DNA of 58,392 nt, taken from Pelomyxa schiedti (Eukaryota > Protista > Evosea). The notes under the pieces were generated by a model. That model was not told where the DNA came from, did no database searches, and saw only the letters and a program-made list of their open reading frames with translations. Of the stretch, positions 38,101 through 51,773 are shown piece by piece. Numbering within the stretch: the stretch's first letter is position 1; the number at the start of each line of letters is the position of its first letter. The translations under genes were made by a program, and so were the position numbers. The stretch lies in the NCBI GenBank assembly GCA_020536535.1, contig JAHLWZ010000889.1, positions 1 through 58,392 of the forward strand, in the 5' to 3' direction.

Positions 38101-39600
38101 TAAATGAATGAAAAACACCACAACCTGAAAAAAAATTGGATAGGACCATTCTGGCCATAAGGCAGGTGGATGGAGAACAGAAAAAAGGTATGACATGAAA
38201 GGTCTGAGGTCTGCTGGATTGGCATGCAGTAGCCAACGCAACTGGATTGCACACTCCAAGGAGCTTTCGTGCAACGGCCCTTGATTTGGTTTGCTGTTTG
38301 TAATATGAGGAGGAAACACGTTTGAGGATGGCGAAAAAAGACCAACCTGAGCAGTTTACACTGTTGTAGTGTAGAGTGAAACACCTGGAAAAAGGTCAAT
38401 TAATCGTTTTCCTTAATATGTTCGTTTGTACCTTTTCTCTGAGGTGGGGGAACTCAGAAAATAAAAAGAGCTTTAGAAACGCAACAGTTTGCATTCGCAA
38501 TGAAACGCACACGGCTGGTACACTAGGAGTTTTCTGACCCAAAACAGTGCAAAATTCCACAAGACCATGCTCCAAATTGTACCAGTTCTTGGGTTTTTGT
38601 TGGGGTAACTTTTAGAAGAAAAGCTTACCTTGCATAAGGAAAAAGCGGAGTTGAGTAGAAGAGGTGGCATTGCACCTTGGTCAAAAGAGTCAATTACTGC
38701 ATCAGCAAGGGGGACCTTGACGGCTCTGACTGGCAGTTGCAGACACAAAGAGACGATGATAAGAAGAACATCAATAGTAAACAATTTATGAGTGCGTGCA
38801 AGAGAGTACATAAAGCCCTGCACTCCTTTGAAATTTATTAGGCCATAGCCAGACTAAGATGTATACTTATAGATTCTGCAAGGAATAGTTGTCGCAGGAT
38901 TTCTGCAACCTGTTGTGTTGTTTCTGGATCCGCGCGGCTCGAAATTACATGAATTGCTTGGTAAGGCAACGAATCTATGTTATTCTTGGTGCATGTTTCA
39001 AATAGAAATCAAGTTCAACGACGTTGTACCGTCATGTGGCATCACAGCTGGCAAACAAGCCAGTGCCAAAATAGATCCCGGACTCAACTTTCCACTCAAC
39101 CCAAGTGCACAAAGTCTTCGAGCCCACACAATAGTTTCTACTGAATGGCCGGGCGATTCCGCGAGTTTCATCTTCTCATTTCTGTTGCACTTTTCTCCAC
39201 GTTGAATGTGGGAAGACGTGTCAGCTGCCTCCTCTGTCCCCACGGATTCCTCCACACTGCAATCCTCGCCGCAGCTCTTTTCTTCATCGCCTGTGCACAA
39301 ACTTTCATCACCAGAATCGTCACTCCCTGGGCTTCTCAACCCACATGTGTATTCGCAAAACGCTGCAGAAGATGCCGTTGCAACTGCGACTTGTATTGCG
39401 CTGGCAACGTTCGTAGCACCAACTGTTATCCCGCCGCTGCCAACGTCAACGCCGCACGCGGAAATTACGATTCGGGCGATACGCTCCGTAGCTTCTTCGT
39501 CATCAGTAAGAAGTACGACAGATCTCGCACAGCTGCCTCTGTTTGAGACCACTACAGCCGCAGATTCCGGCGTGTCGTCTTCGCTCTCGTCGTGGCTCAT
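35104..39600 (-). CDS. Large helical-solenoid protein, FANCD2-like
   Basis: HKLFTIDVLLIIV resembles FANCD2 HKVFDLVMLFII; LFGVVNTYITSSVPKSQLIG resembles [38 protein letters not shown] resembles VPLLKKTLELLVCRVKAM. Many exons; matches are weak and by eye. Confidence 0.45.
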
Positions 39601-40230
39601 TTATTTTTTTTACCTCGATCTATTGGGGCCGGTTCTTAGCAGATGCGAAAAGGCAAAAACAAAAAACTCTGACCCGAGATGTCAGAGTGCACGCTGTTAA
39701 CATCCGATTGTGTTACGTTTTCAGAGTGAGTGTTGTGCATTTCTCTGAGTTCCTTGCTTATCTCAATGCACAGGCTCTACACAGCCATTTCCCTTGTCGA
39801 CAACAACAACACCACAGCCCCACCACCACACTCCTCAGGCCCCGAAAATAGACCCTCGGCGGTGGCACCTTCCAGTGTTGGCGGTGGTAAGACTGACAAC
39901 GCGATCGACCCAGCACTCGACAACCGGGCACCACTCGAGCGTGAGGTCGCAGGATCGAACCCCAGCGCATCCAAACCCACAAGCCAGGCAAGGGACTCTG
40001 TTGCTTCAAGGGTGTTTGTGATACGCGACTTTGACTCGACACAAGTGCAGTACCGGTTGTCGATTGGACTGCCTCCTCATACTTTACCTTGATGCTACTT
40101 CTTTTGTTGTAGAGATTATTAGTCTATTGAAAGAGAAAGGTTTCTTTTTTTTTTTTCTTTCTTCCCATTTCCTCAACTTTTACAAGGTCTTGGCTTTTCT
40201 ATAATTTAGGTTACTACCTAGCAACAGTTG

Positions 40231-41704
40231 TTATAGTTTGGGTCTTTCATCAAAAACTCTCTTGGCTTTGCTTTCACTTCTGGCTAGACTGCGCGGTTCC
40301 ACTAGTTTGATTTTCATCCCAACACCTATTGTGCCCTTGATGTACTTCTCAATCTTGATTTCAATCTCGGCACGTTGTTCTGGAGTTGTGGAGGCAAATA
40401 CTTCCGGTGTGCCTTCTACTGCCACTGTGAGCCAATCTAAGTAACCCCTCTTGGACACTGTTATGGTGTACTGTGGTTGAACTTCGGGTATTTCCAGGAG
40501 AAGCGCTTCGATTTGGGATGGGAAAACCTATAAGTAGAAAATGAGTCAGTGCTGTGGATGAATGTCAACTGCTTACGTTTGCCCCGTTTATTTTCAGCAT
40601 ATCGTCAGCTCGTGCAAGTACCTTATCCATTTTCAACGTTGTCCTGCCACATTTACATCTCTCTCTCCACAATCTAGTAATATCCCTTGTCCTGTACCGA
40701 ATCATTGGCATTGCTTTCCTCTGCAATGAAGTGAAGACTAATTCCCCTGGTTCACCAAGCGGCAAAGGAGCCAGAGTTTGAGGGTCAATTACTTCAGCAA
40801 GGAAGTGATCTTCATTGATATGCAGGCCACTCTGGGCAGAACAGTCATATGCGACTCCTGGTCCTCCTAGTTCTGTCAGTCCATATATCTAAATGAGATT
40901 AGGGCTTGAATGTACTTTCAGTAGGTACGGTACCTCTGATGCCCGTATTCCTAGTCTTTCTTCTATCTGTTTTCTCATACCAGGAGTGCAAGGCTCAGCC
41001 CCAAATAGTCCGGCTTTGAGGTGGAGGTCTGTATGTACATTCACGTGCATATCAGCTGCTTTCTCAGCAATAGTAAGTGCGTAGGAGGGAGTACAACACA
41101 GAACGCGAGCATGAAAGTCACGTAATAGCATTACTTGCCTCTCAGTAAGCCCACAGCTTGCCGGAACTTCCACAGCCCCCAGAGAAGCTACTCCCTCATG
41201 GAACCCAAGGCCACCAGTGAATAGGCCATATCCATAGGCGTTGTGTATGCAATCACCAGGCCTAGCTCCCGCGGCAAATAGAGAGCGAGCCACACATTCA
41301 CCAAGCATTTCGATATCCGTCGCTGTATATGTGCCGGTAATTGGTTTTCCAGTGGTGCCGGAAGAAGCATGTACACGAGCAACCTGATCCATAGGTACAG
41401 CACATAAACCAAATGGATAGTTAGCTCTTAAATCATCCTTCACAGTGAAAGGCAGCTTGTGAATGTCATCGACTGTGGCAATAAACTCATTGACAGGGGT
41501 ATCAGCACTAAGACCCACTGCACGTAAGGCCTCTCTGTAAAACGGAACTCTTTCTCTAACCCATGAAACAGTCTCCCGTAGGAACTGCAGTTGAAGGCTT
41601 TTCATTTCTGATTCCTCCATGCATTCAAACCTGGGGTTAAAGGAAATTCTATCAACTGGAGACGTTACAGACGATGTGGAAGAAATCTCAGTACTGGTTG
41701 CCAT
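40231..41704 (-). CDS. paaK: Phenylacetate-CoA ligase (PaaK/PaaF-like, prokaryote-type)
   Basis: [90 protein letters not shown] and KAKRVFDER; two introns. Confidence 0.92.
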
Positions 41705-42112
41705 TGGTATTTGTTGTACTTGTGTGAAATGGTTATTTTTTTAAGCTTTTTTGCTGTTCTGCATTAAATGGTCGTTTTTTTTGCGTTTGGTTCTTTCTGC
41801 GCAAAACCACAGCGTAACAGTTTTTGCCTAATTCTACAGATCCTTTGATTTTTCCCAATACGAGAGCCTTCCATTACGTGGACGTTTGATTTGTAAGGTA
41901 CCAGAAACAAACCAACTACTGGTTGGATTCCAAATCCCCCACCTTATCCCCCACCTTCACCCCCCAGTAATACACTAATAAATAAAACGTGGTAACTTCT
42001 CCGAGGATTCCCGAAACTCCCCATGCCTCTAGAGATGCCAAAAATAAGTGGTTTTTCTTCGTTTTTCAAATCAAACCATCAAAAGTAGAAAAAAAAAACA
42101 AAAGAGGAGGAG

Positions 42113-45100
42113 ATGCTGGCGTTCAACATCGTACAGCTTACGGACAAGCCGTTCCCGTTCCGGGTGGAGTGTCTGGAGTGCTGGGGTCCCGACAGATTGT
42201 TGATAGGTACGGCGGAGAGCGCTCTTTTATTGTACGACATACAGCACGTTTCCGACAGCACCGGATACAAGATGTCGTTGCTGTGCAAGCGCGACAACTT
42301 CGCTAAGAAAGGTGCGATCACTCAGTTGTCGGTTGTTGACGAGTACGGCATCTTGGTGAGTTTATCCGATCAAGTGTACGTACACGATTTGCCTGCTAAA
42401 GGCGCAGAGGCAATGAGTACTAGTTTCGGGCTCAAGGTTTTTTCCCCCTCGGTTTCTGCTTCCACTAACGCGAGAACAAAACCAAAAGTCGGCGTTGTCT
42501 AAAACTAAGGGTTGCACGACATTCAGTGTGCAATTCACTGACACCCAAGGATTGGTTTTGATTGCTGGTTTAAAAAAGCATATACTCATTTTTACATGGG
42601 ATGGCCATGACTTTACTGAGTTTCAAGATTATCCACACCCATGCGAGCCCCCCAAGTCTATTGTATGGTGTAAAAACAGCATGTGTATCGGCTTCAAGAA
42701 AGAATACTTTCTTATGAGCGCCCTCACAGGGCAAATGACCGAAATTTCCAACAAAACATCATCTCCACTGGTTACAAGGCTTCCGGACAACCAACTTCTC
42801 CTTGCTGTAGATAACCTTGGTGTTACCGTCGATTATGAAGGAAGACCAACACGTTCCCATGCATTAATATGGACTGAACCCCCTGCTTCTGTTGTATTTG
42901 CTTATCCATATGCTATTGCCATTGCAAAGGCATTTCTGGAGATCCGGACCTTGCTGTCCGATACACTCACACAAGTACTACCTATCCGGCAAGCAAAAGT
43001 CATATGCTGCAAAGATTTAACACCAAGTGCTCAGCTTCAACCAGAAGCTGGAAAGGCAGTCATTTATGTTGCAACAAATGAAAAAATGATCTCTCGTTTG
43101 GTCCCTGTTCCTCTTTCAGATCAAATTGACCAGTTATGCTCTGCTCGTCAGTACTCTGATGCATTGGTGTTGTGTGAGGCACTCCCTGAGGATGACCCAC
43201 TTCGCCCCAAGAAGATCGAGAGTGTACGGATACAACAAGCTTATTCAATATTTGCGCATAAAGGTGACTACAAAGAAGCAATGACGATGTTCTTTGAGCT
43301 ACGCGTTCCAGTCATTGACGTGATCGGTCTCTTCACGAATTTACTTCCCCAAGATCTCCGTGGAAAGCAGAGGTACAACATCGACTTGAATGAGCTCATT
43401 GGCGAGGCCCGATCCAATGCTCTTAAGGCTTTATGTGTAAGTCACTCCTTTCACAACAATGAACACTTATCACAAATAGGGATTTTTGGTATCCACAAGG
43501 TTTAGGGTGGCTAATTCAGGGCCACCAGCAGCTCCAACGCCAACAACCACCACCACAAGCTCTTCAGCATCCTCACCCAGTCCCGCACCAAATCCAGGAG
43601 AAGTGAAATACAACCAGTGCACAGATATACCCACAATCATAGATACTTCTCTCCTGAAAGCATGCATTCAAGCAAAGGAGTTCAAACCTCTTGAACATCT
43701 TCTATCAGGTCCCAATAACTGCCATTTAGCGGAATGTGAATCTTTCTTGCTTAAGTATACTTGTCCGCAGTACCTTTTTCTATTGACACCCTCCTAGTGA
43801 TACGGCCCCCTACCCACTTGAGTTGGTGAAACTGTACAAAAGCAAGCAAACCCGAGAACTCCACACCAAGGCGCTGAACCTCCTATGTAGCAGCAAACTG
43901 AGTGCAAAAGAAAATGTTTCTGTGCAACAAACAATTGACTATCTCAAGGTACTATACTGTAGTGGGTAGGGTGGGAAAAAACAATTCACACTCGAAAGTG
44001 TCTAGGGGCCAAATACCTTGATCTAGTTCTCAATTACTCAACCCGAGTCCTACTACTTGATCCTCTCAATGCACTTACAATATTCACCAAAGGAGAGAGG
44101 GTAGCTGATGATCAACTCCCTTCAGCTGAAGTTCTCGCTCACTTCAGACGCAAAGAGCTTGCCCCTGTCTCCCTCAAATTAATTGTACCATACCTGGAGT
44201 ATCTCATTGGACAGGGGTCAAAAGAACCTGATATTCATAATGACCTTGTCATACAGTACACTGATATTATCGTGTCATCCCCCAATTTCAGTTCTACTTC
44301 AACGGTATTCACATCAACTGAACACCTCCATTTTAAATATTATATTTAGACGGCAGCTGGAACTGAAACTGGCGTTCTTGGGGAAACCCGGAAAAAATTA
44401 ATTTCTTTCCTGGAGACATCTAAGTTCTACACTGCTGAAGTTATTCTGAGCAAATTCCCGGAGCATTTGCATGAAGAAAAAGCACTGTTACTGGCAAGGA
44501 TCGGTGAGCACCGTGGCGTGCTCAATATATACGCCACCAAGTTGAACCAACCTCGCAAGGCTGAAGAGTACTGTGAGCAGCATTACTCTGTTGAAGAAAG
44601 TCAAGAGGGTCACGATGTCTACTTGAATCTATTGGAAGTCTATCTTCGTCCTGATGGCGGGGAACCTCCAATGGTGAAGCCGGCCTTCGAGCTTCTAAAC
44701 AAGCACTACCTGCGAATCAACATTCCAAAGGCATTGGCACTTCTTCCGCAAGACACCCCTCTTGCCAGTCTCAAGCCTTTCTTCGAGAATGTCATAAGGG
44801 ATACAAGCAAACGCCGCAGAAGCAACCAAGTGGAAAAGGGACTTAGAGAATCAGAAAACTTGCAGGTATGGAGACAGCTACAACTTTCTTCCAAGCACTC
44901 AACATTCCTTTAGGTTCGTCTTCAAAACATCAGTGCCCGAGCCCGAATGGTGAAAATTGATGAATCAACAAGGTGTGCTGTTTGTCTTCGACACTTGCGG
45001 CTTTCTGCCTTTGCTTTGTACCCCGACGGCAGTGTTGTACACCTAATGTGCATGAAGAACAAGGCAGGACCTATGGGGAGCTCTGCGGCTGCTCCTGCAC

Positions 45101-45123
45101 CCCCTGCCGGGAAGAAGTTGTGA
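42113..45123 (+). CDS. VPS39: Vam6/VPS39 (CNH domain, clathrin-like repeat, Vps39_2 zinc-finger tail)
   Basis: CNH-type propeller (LLIGTAESALLLY, PKSIVW..SMCIGFKKEY, AYPYAIA), IIDTSLLKAC, RKKLISFLETS.FY, EEKALLLARIGEH and CAVC..LRLSAFALYPDGSVVHLMC. Confidence 0.9.
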
Positions 45124-45288
45124 GCAATTTTTACGATTAACAACTCAAATTAGCTCTTTTTTTAACGAGAAAATCGCCAACCACCAATTACCCTCGTCGA
45201 AATTATGAGTTGAAGCAGTTGATAAGGAAGTAAAAAATGAATTTCTTTTTCAAACTGCATAAAATAAATATAAAACAAGACGAATAAG

Positions 45289-45875
45289 ATGCGCAGAACC
45301 GAGTGGGAGGCGGAACGAGAGGAACCAGTCAAGGTGGGTTCAAATCAGATGTTGGTTGGGATAGGAAGACACTGCACCGAATGTGGGAGGTTGGACTTTC
45401 TTCCCTACAAGTGTGGTGAGTGTGGGTGTCATTTCTGCTCAGAGCACAGAGACTCCCATTCCCCGTGTGGGAACCAGATAGACAAAAACAATGTATAACA
45501 CTCACTCCGACAAAAACACTCTGAATTTTTTCTGTACAGGTTGTTGGGCTGCCGTGTCCTATCTGCGGAAAATCCGTCAGAGTGAAGGAGGGTTCTGACC
45601 CTGATGAGGAACTGGCGAGGCACCTGCAGTCCTTGTGCATACCAGAACCACCGCCACAACAAAGGCCTAGTGAGCCCAACACAGCACAGGCAACGGCAGA
45701 GAGGCGGAAGTTACACACTGGAGGACTGGCCGAGCCATTCTGCAAGTGCTCTGCTTATCGCTGTAGGGCAAAGGACTTGGTGTGCTGCAGGTGCCCATCA
45801 TGTGGCAAAACATTCTGTCTAAAGCATAGGCATGAAAGAGACCACACCTGTACAGCTGTTGCAAAGAGGAGCTGA
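45289..45875 (+). CDS. AN1-type zinc finger protein (ZFAND2/AIRAP/Cuz1-like)
   Basis: IGRHCTECGRLDFLPYKCGECGCHFCSEHR; CPIC..V..KEGSDPD; second AN1 CPSCGKTFCLKHRHERDHTC. Confidence 0.88.
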
Positions 45876-45972
45876 AATGTAAATTATTTGTAGACAAAAT
45901 TGGTTTTCATGAGTATATAGAAACCCAATGTAAATTGAATAAAAAAAAAAAAAGAAAAACAACCTATATTTT

Positions 45973-46658
45973 CTATTTGGCTTGCAGTTTCTTGTAAAGA
46001 CATAACACAACCAATGAGAGTACAATTACAACAGCAAAATCGAATATGGCCACAATCACGGCGACAACAGCCACAATGTTTGTTGCGCTCCACTTGTAAG
46101 AATGTGACAGGCATAAATCTGGTGACAGACAAGCATTCTCTGGGTTCGTGGAGAATAAAACCGCCTCCTGTTGGAACTCATCCATGTAAGAAGACACAAT
46201 AGAAGCTATAGACTCGGACGAGGCACTAGTGTCAGGGTGGTAAATAACCATCACTTGCGAGTCCTCTTTCACAATCTTGTAGGAGGGGGAAGTGTATCAG
46301 TTTTTAATTTGTTTGTGTCACACCACTCACACAAAGAAGTGAGATTGGGGGAAGAAAAAAAAAAAAAACATACATCACTTGAGGCACTGAGCCACTGACC
46401 AGACGCGGACCACGTAGTGAGGCCATCAGGGAACAGTGGAGTGACTACACGCCCCATCCATTCGTTGAACTGATCGGACGTGATTTGCACGGTGGTGCCA
46501 TTTGACAGCTGGATAGAGAGCCCGAAATAGAGCTCGGACCTGGCCCAGTCTGACACATACAGCCATCCTCCCGATGGGCTGCTGCCCCCGGCACTGCGTG
46601 TGACTAAAAAGGACAGCATCAACACCACGAGGGCAGAAGAAGTGGTGGCAGTTATCAT
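45973..46658 (-). CDS. DUF3574-family protein with N-terminal signal and C-terminal TM helix
   Basis: RSELYFGLSI..QFNEWMGRVVTPLFPDGLTTWSASGQW and EDSQVMVIYH..IASIVSSYMDEFQQEAVL match the DUF3574 pattern; C-terminal IVAVVAVIVAIFDFAVVIVLSLVVLCLYKK. An alternative upstream ATG is at 46793. Confidence 0.75.
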
Positions 46659-47073
46659 GGTTTTGGTTGTGGGCCGAGACGGTGGGGCCACTGAGAATGA
46701 TTGTGGGGTTTGTTGGTGAGGGTCAGTTGTTGTACTGTTGGCAGTTATTACTGTACGTGATAGGGTGCTGCCTGAGTCGCCCTTTTTTTGCATTTACAAT
46801 ATGAAGTTGCACCATCGTAAAGGGTATTTATGTGGGTTTTAGTTTTAACCGGTAATTAGCCCTGACACGTAGCACAACAAGCCCGGCTCCTTCGGGGTTT
46901 TTTTTCTGCAACGTGGCTTATTGCGTGAACATCACAATGGCCCCTTCTCCTTTTGTTCAAGTTCCTGTATTAGGGTGTTGATCGCGGAAGCGATCGGCCT
47001 CTGATATTTGCAACTTCGTTGTGTCTTTGGTTTTTTAATCTCTGCGCACTATCGGGTGCGGGCATTGTCTGCA

Positions 47074-49866
47074 ATGCAAAAAAACAAAGTCCATGACACT
47101 GGCGTTGGTTACGTTGGAGGTGTGTCCGGTGACTTTCTAAGAAAGAATGCTGATCCAGTTTTTTCCTTGTTGTGTTGTTTCTCCCTCCTCTCTCAGGTGC
47201 AAAGGGGGAGTTCAGTTTGATGAGTATCTCTAATGCTGAGCTGCCTACAACAATTGAAATGAAGAGTTTCAGCAAACCAAGTAGCCCTGGGCGTCATGGT
47301 GCACCTGGCCATGTGTCGAAAAGCCGACGCAGATTCAAGTTGTCATTCCGCATTGGTGTTATCTTGTGCTCTGTGATGACTGTTCTGGTGGCAACTTCCC
47401 TTATTGGTGTACCAGCTTTGATCTTGGTAAATGGAATAACTTCTTCACTGACCGATGCATACGGTCATTCACTCGATTCCACAATTGGTTGGCCGATTTC
47501 TTTTCTCAATTTTTTTATCACCACTTATTTCGAATTTTAGAAGGAATATTGCTTAATTTGCAGCACAAGCTTGAAGTAATTGGCGGATTTATGTTGGAAT
47601 TCAATGACTCTAGTCTGTACAGTCCGTCACTGCCTTGGTGCCATGACGCCTCTATTGTGTCTCCCCCATCCATAAGTTTGGGATGGCAGTTTCTGAGACA
47701 GCCTGACGTTAACATGCTCTCTGTGCGTCGGTTCTGGAATGGTACAAACCACACGGAAACTGACGGAGGGAATATGGACTTCTCCTCTAGCATGACCATT
47801 CTCACTAGAGGACTTGAAATTGGAGTTCCTACCCTTGTTTGTCTCGATTCATCTGATGGGATAACAGCAAATGTTTGGCTAATGCCCGATGCCTTTCATC
47901 GTTTCTATCTCCAAACCATTTCTGCCCCCAAGCTTGGCTCCTTTTCCAAAAGTGGATTGCAGATAGGCAATGTCAGTGTTCTGCAAATAAGACCCTATCC
48001 ACTGTGCCTTCCTTTGGTCTATGCCCTAGTTCGCGAAGCAGACAAATCACACTATTTCTCTATTATCGCTGGAGTTAATCTTGACGATGTCGGATCTATG
48101 CTTCACTCAATCAACAGCCAAAGCCAAAGTGTACGTGTTGCTTTGGTTGAAACACTTTCTGGAGAAATGGTAGCCACAAATATAGCCGAGTTACCGGTAG
48201 TCAATTTAGAGACTCGTGAACAAATCAAGCTCTCTTGTGCAAACGATACCATTTTTGCGAAGGTTGGGGATTCCATTTGGAACACCAACTTAGGGCCTGG
48301 CGATATTATTGATAGCAGACTTCAAGTAAATGGAAGATGGTGGCTAATACATGGGTTTGTGTTTCCTCTCACGAATGTGTTCTGATTCTTTTGTAGATTT
48401 AGTTGGAAGTTCAACAATATTTCCGCACCACTTACTGCTATTGTTATACAAGTATGGAAGTCAAGTACTTCAAAGCCAATCTAAGTACATTAGGATGAGA
48501 AAGAGGCGTTTGGTCCTTCTCATACCTTGTTTACATTGATTATTGTACTTATTCCTTGCCTTGCTTTAATATGGGCTATTGTAAGTGTGCCCCTTGCGTG
48601 GCGAATAAGTACTCCTCTATGGGCTGTATCTTCCTGGCTTGATGGACTTTCAAATCTGGACATGAGCAAGGATGCTGACGCTGTTGATTTATCCACATTT
48701 GCTGAAGTGTCTGCCATTCAGAAGAGCTGCTTTCGCCTTCAAACAGCGATGAGGGCATTTGTTAGGTCAATCTTGTCTCTCTTTTTTTGTTATTCACAGT
48801 GTTGTTAGATATGTCCCAATATCAGTATGTAAAAATCTGATCAGTGGGCAACTTCCAGCTTGTCTGGGGGTAAAACATGGTGAAGTGGCCGTGATGTTTC
48901 TGGATGGTATTTGTTAATTTGTGTTACTCATTCCTCTTAACGAATTATAGTTGTGAACTTTACTACTCTCACAGAATTGGAAAGACCTGAAACACTAATT
49001 CAAGCTATGGCTGTTAGATTCGACGCACTTGTTAAAGTCATTACCGATCACGGGGGTACAATTGACAAGGCAAGTAATTTTTGCTTCCAATTTCTGTTGT
49101 CTAAATGAATCACAGTTCATTGGTGACTCTATAATGGCTTTTTTTAATGAACCAACAAGAATTGCCAATTTTAATGAGGTCGCTTTGCAAGCTGCCTGTC
49201 ATTGTATGGAAGTAGTAAGACTGATAAATGAGAAATGCAAAGATCAGCTTCAGGTGCACTTCAAAACAGGAATTTCCACAGGGCCCTGCCTTGTAGGCAA
49301 TGTTGGTGGTGGAGAGGTATTACTGTAAACCCTGTTTTTCTTTAACAAACCTCAAACAGAGATTTTCCTTCACTGTGCTTGGGAAGTATGTAAATGAAGC
49401 AGCACGGTTAGAGGTTAGGATTGATGGCAAAAATCACTCTCAACGTCATACAGAGTGCCACACGCCAATTTGGAGTGGACATTCTCATAAGCAGCTCCAT
49501 GTATAGTAGTGTGCGATCTTCTTTTCTATGCCGGAAACTACGCACGTGTCAATTGAAGGGATTCACTGTCCCTCATGCTGTTTATCAGCCAATGTGCCAC
49601 ATGTCACAATGCACACAAGAGATAGTTGAATGTGTTGACTCCTACAACGTTGCTTTATCCATGTTGGAGCAAAATTCTTTTCAGGAAGCTGCAGATATAC
49701 TGTCACAAAACGCCACCAATTTCCCTGACGATACACCAACCAAGGTTGTATGCATTTTGTGCTGTTTATCCACTCACGTACAAAGGTGCTACTAGAGGAA
49801 GTTCAAGACCTTCTTGCCAATGGGGTACCACCAAATTGGTCCCCTACCAAAAACCTAGAAAAATGA
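47074..49866 (+). CDS. Receptor-type class III adenylate cyclase (TM - extracellular sensor - TM - HAMP-like - cyclase)
   Basis: VAVMFLD-VVNFTTLTE, GGTIDK-FIGDSIMAFF, GISTGPCLVGNVG, FTVLGKYVNEAARLE and LKG. The lysine in IDKFIGD indicates ATP specificity. Start uncertain (47074 or 47220). Confidence 0.85.
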
Positions 49867-49985
49867 AGGAAGCGGCTCGGAATACTGTACAGGAAGTAAA
49901 TGTAGATTAATGCTATTGTGGAAAGAAATTTTTTTTTTTAACACAAAACCCACAAAAGTGGAATCTGTCCCTTTTGTATGCCTAG

Positions 49986-51733
49986 TCAACCAAATCCAAT
50001 CGAGCTGTATTGAATCATATCAACTTGTTTCTCCAACTCTTCCAACCTCACTCTCTTTGTAACAATGCTCTTTGAGCGTTCAGCTATTGAACCCTCCAGT
50101 GCCATGATATCATTATTGAGCTTGGCTACTTTCGTGCACTTGTCGATCAAGTTGTAGTGCACAACAACTTCATTGCAGTCCACAACAGTGCGAACCCACA
50201 TGGAGAGAACTGTGACAGCCACTCCAAATGGTGCTATGTGTGATGGAGAAAGGTTGGGGTCAGCAGCATAGTGCTGGAGAAGTGCCGGGGCTCTGGATGA
50301 GAGAATGTTGTCAATGGGTATTTGCTGAAGCTGCCGGACAAAATCGGCCGGGTCCTTGGCAACCTTAGGGGCTTTGAATTTTTTTCCTTGGAAGGTCAAT
50401 GAGTTACTTACTTCGTGCCAATCAGGAGGGAGGCCGCGGCCAATGCAAACAGCCTCCATAACGCGCTGGATTTCAGGAGATGGCTGTTTGTGGATGGGTA
50501 AATTTTAGGAAATGATTGAAAGATGAGTACGAACAGGATTTTCGTTAGAAAAGCGAAGTTTCGATAAGGTTGTGTTCGACAACTGAGAGAGGAGGTCGTT
50601 GGCGTGACCAATCAGCGGAAATAGAGTCTTCTTTAACTGTTCAGAAACTAGGGGACAAGATGTGAAAAAGAAACGTGATTGTGTGTCACCGCACCTTCCT
50701 CCTGAAGACGGGATTTCAGAGACAGAAGATTTTCAAGAGCAGTTTCGTCATCTCTCTGGCGTGTCCTCTCGTCGGCTATGACTGCCCCTATCGCTGTTAT
50801 TTGGGCCGATAACTGTTTTCTCTCTTCTTGCTGGGTCTGGGCCATCTTCTCCTCCCAGGTGCGGAAATTGTAGCTATTTCCGGTACTAGGATTTCCAAGG
50901 GGATCCAAGCAAGTTCCACCACCAACTAGAGACGATACTGCCCCAATTGGAAGGGGTGGGAGGCCGGGATTGCTGCCCACCATTAACCCCATCATGGAAC
51001 CTGAACCAACCACGCCCACCTCGGGAATAGTTGGAGGAACCACACTCAAGACAGCTCCACAAGATGTGCAAGCGCGGCCATCTCCAGATGAAACAACACT
51101 GTAGTTGGAGCACCTGGGGCAGAAGTCCCCTCCAATCTGCATTTGCATTGGCATTGGCATTTGCATTTGCAGCTGTTGGTTCTGAGCACCAGAACTAGAA
51201 CCGGAGCCAGAACCAGAGCAAGGATTAGCCGCTGCCACAGCAGCAGCCACGATCATAGGTATGTTAATAGCCCCGCCAGTTTGGGTTGCACTTGCCACAG
51301 AATTCTGCAGCTGAGACAGAACCAATGAATTTATCAGCTGCTGCTGCTGGCTGCTACTACTTTCCATCGCAGGCGTTCCCACAACACTCACATTTACATT
51401 TGAAGCCGGCGGGGGAACTGTCATCGCCGTTCCATCCCCTGCACCTGCACTTGTCGCATTGACAGCATTGGAATTGACCGGAATATTCACACCCGAAGCG
51501 GAATTGACTGTGGGAGGCTGCAATGCAGTCGCCTGTGTCATTGTCACTTGCTCCATGCCGGTGGATGGCGCCCCACCCGTTTTGACGGTGGTTTCCTGTT
51601 CGCCGTCGGTGTCAGCATCCTCCTGGGAATTCCCGGTATTCTCGCTCTCTAGCATCAGGGATTGCGATGATGAGGACTGGGATCGTTGTTGCTGTTGCTG
51701 TTGCTGCTGCTGTTGCTGTTGCTGCTGCTGTTG

Positions 51734-51773
<40 letters not shown>

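Noticed and set aside
39935-39975. tRNA-like 3' half (gaggtcgcaggatcgaacccc...gcatcca)
   Set aside because: It resembles a B-box/T-loop, but the T-stem does not pair and no matching acceptor or D stem lies upstream.
39730-40092. 120-aa plus-strand ORF
   Set aside because: Low complexity and no motif; cannot be supported as a gene.
46881-46905. Hairpin plus T-run resembling a bacterial intrinsic terminator
   Set aside because: The stem is weak and G-U rich, the context is eukaryotic, and T-runs are common in these intergenic regions.
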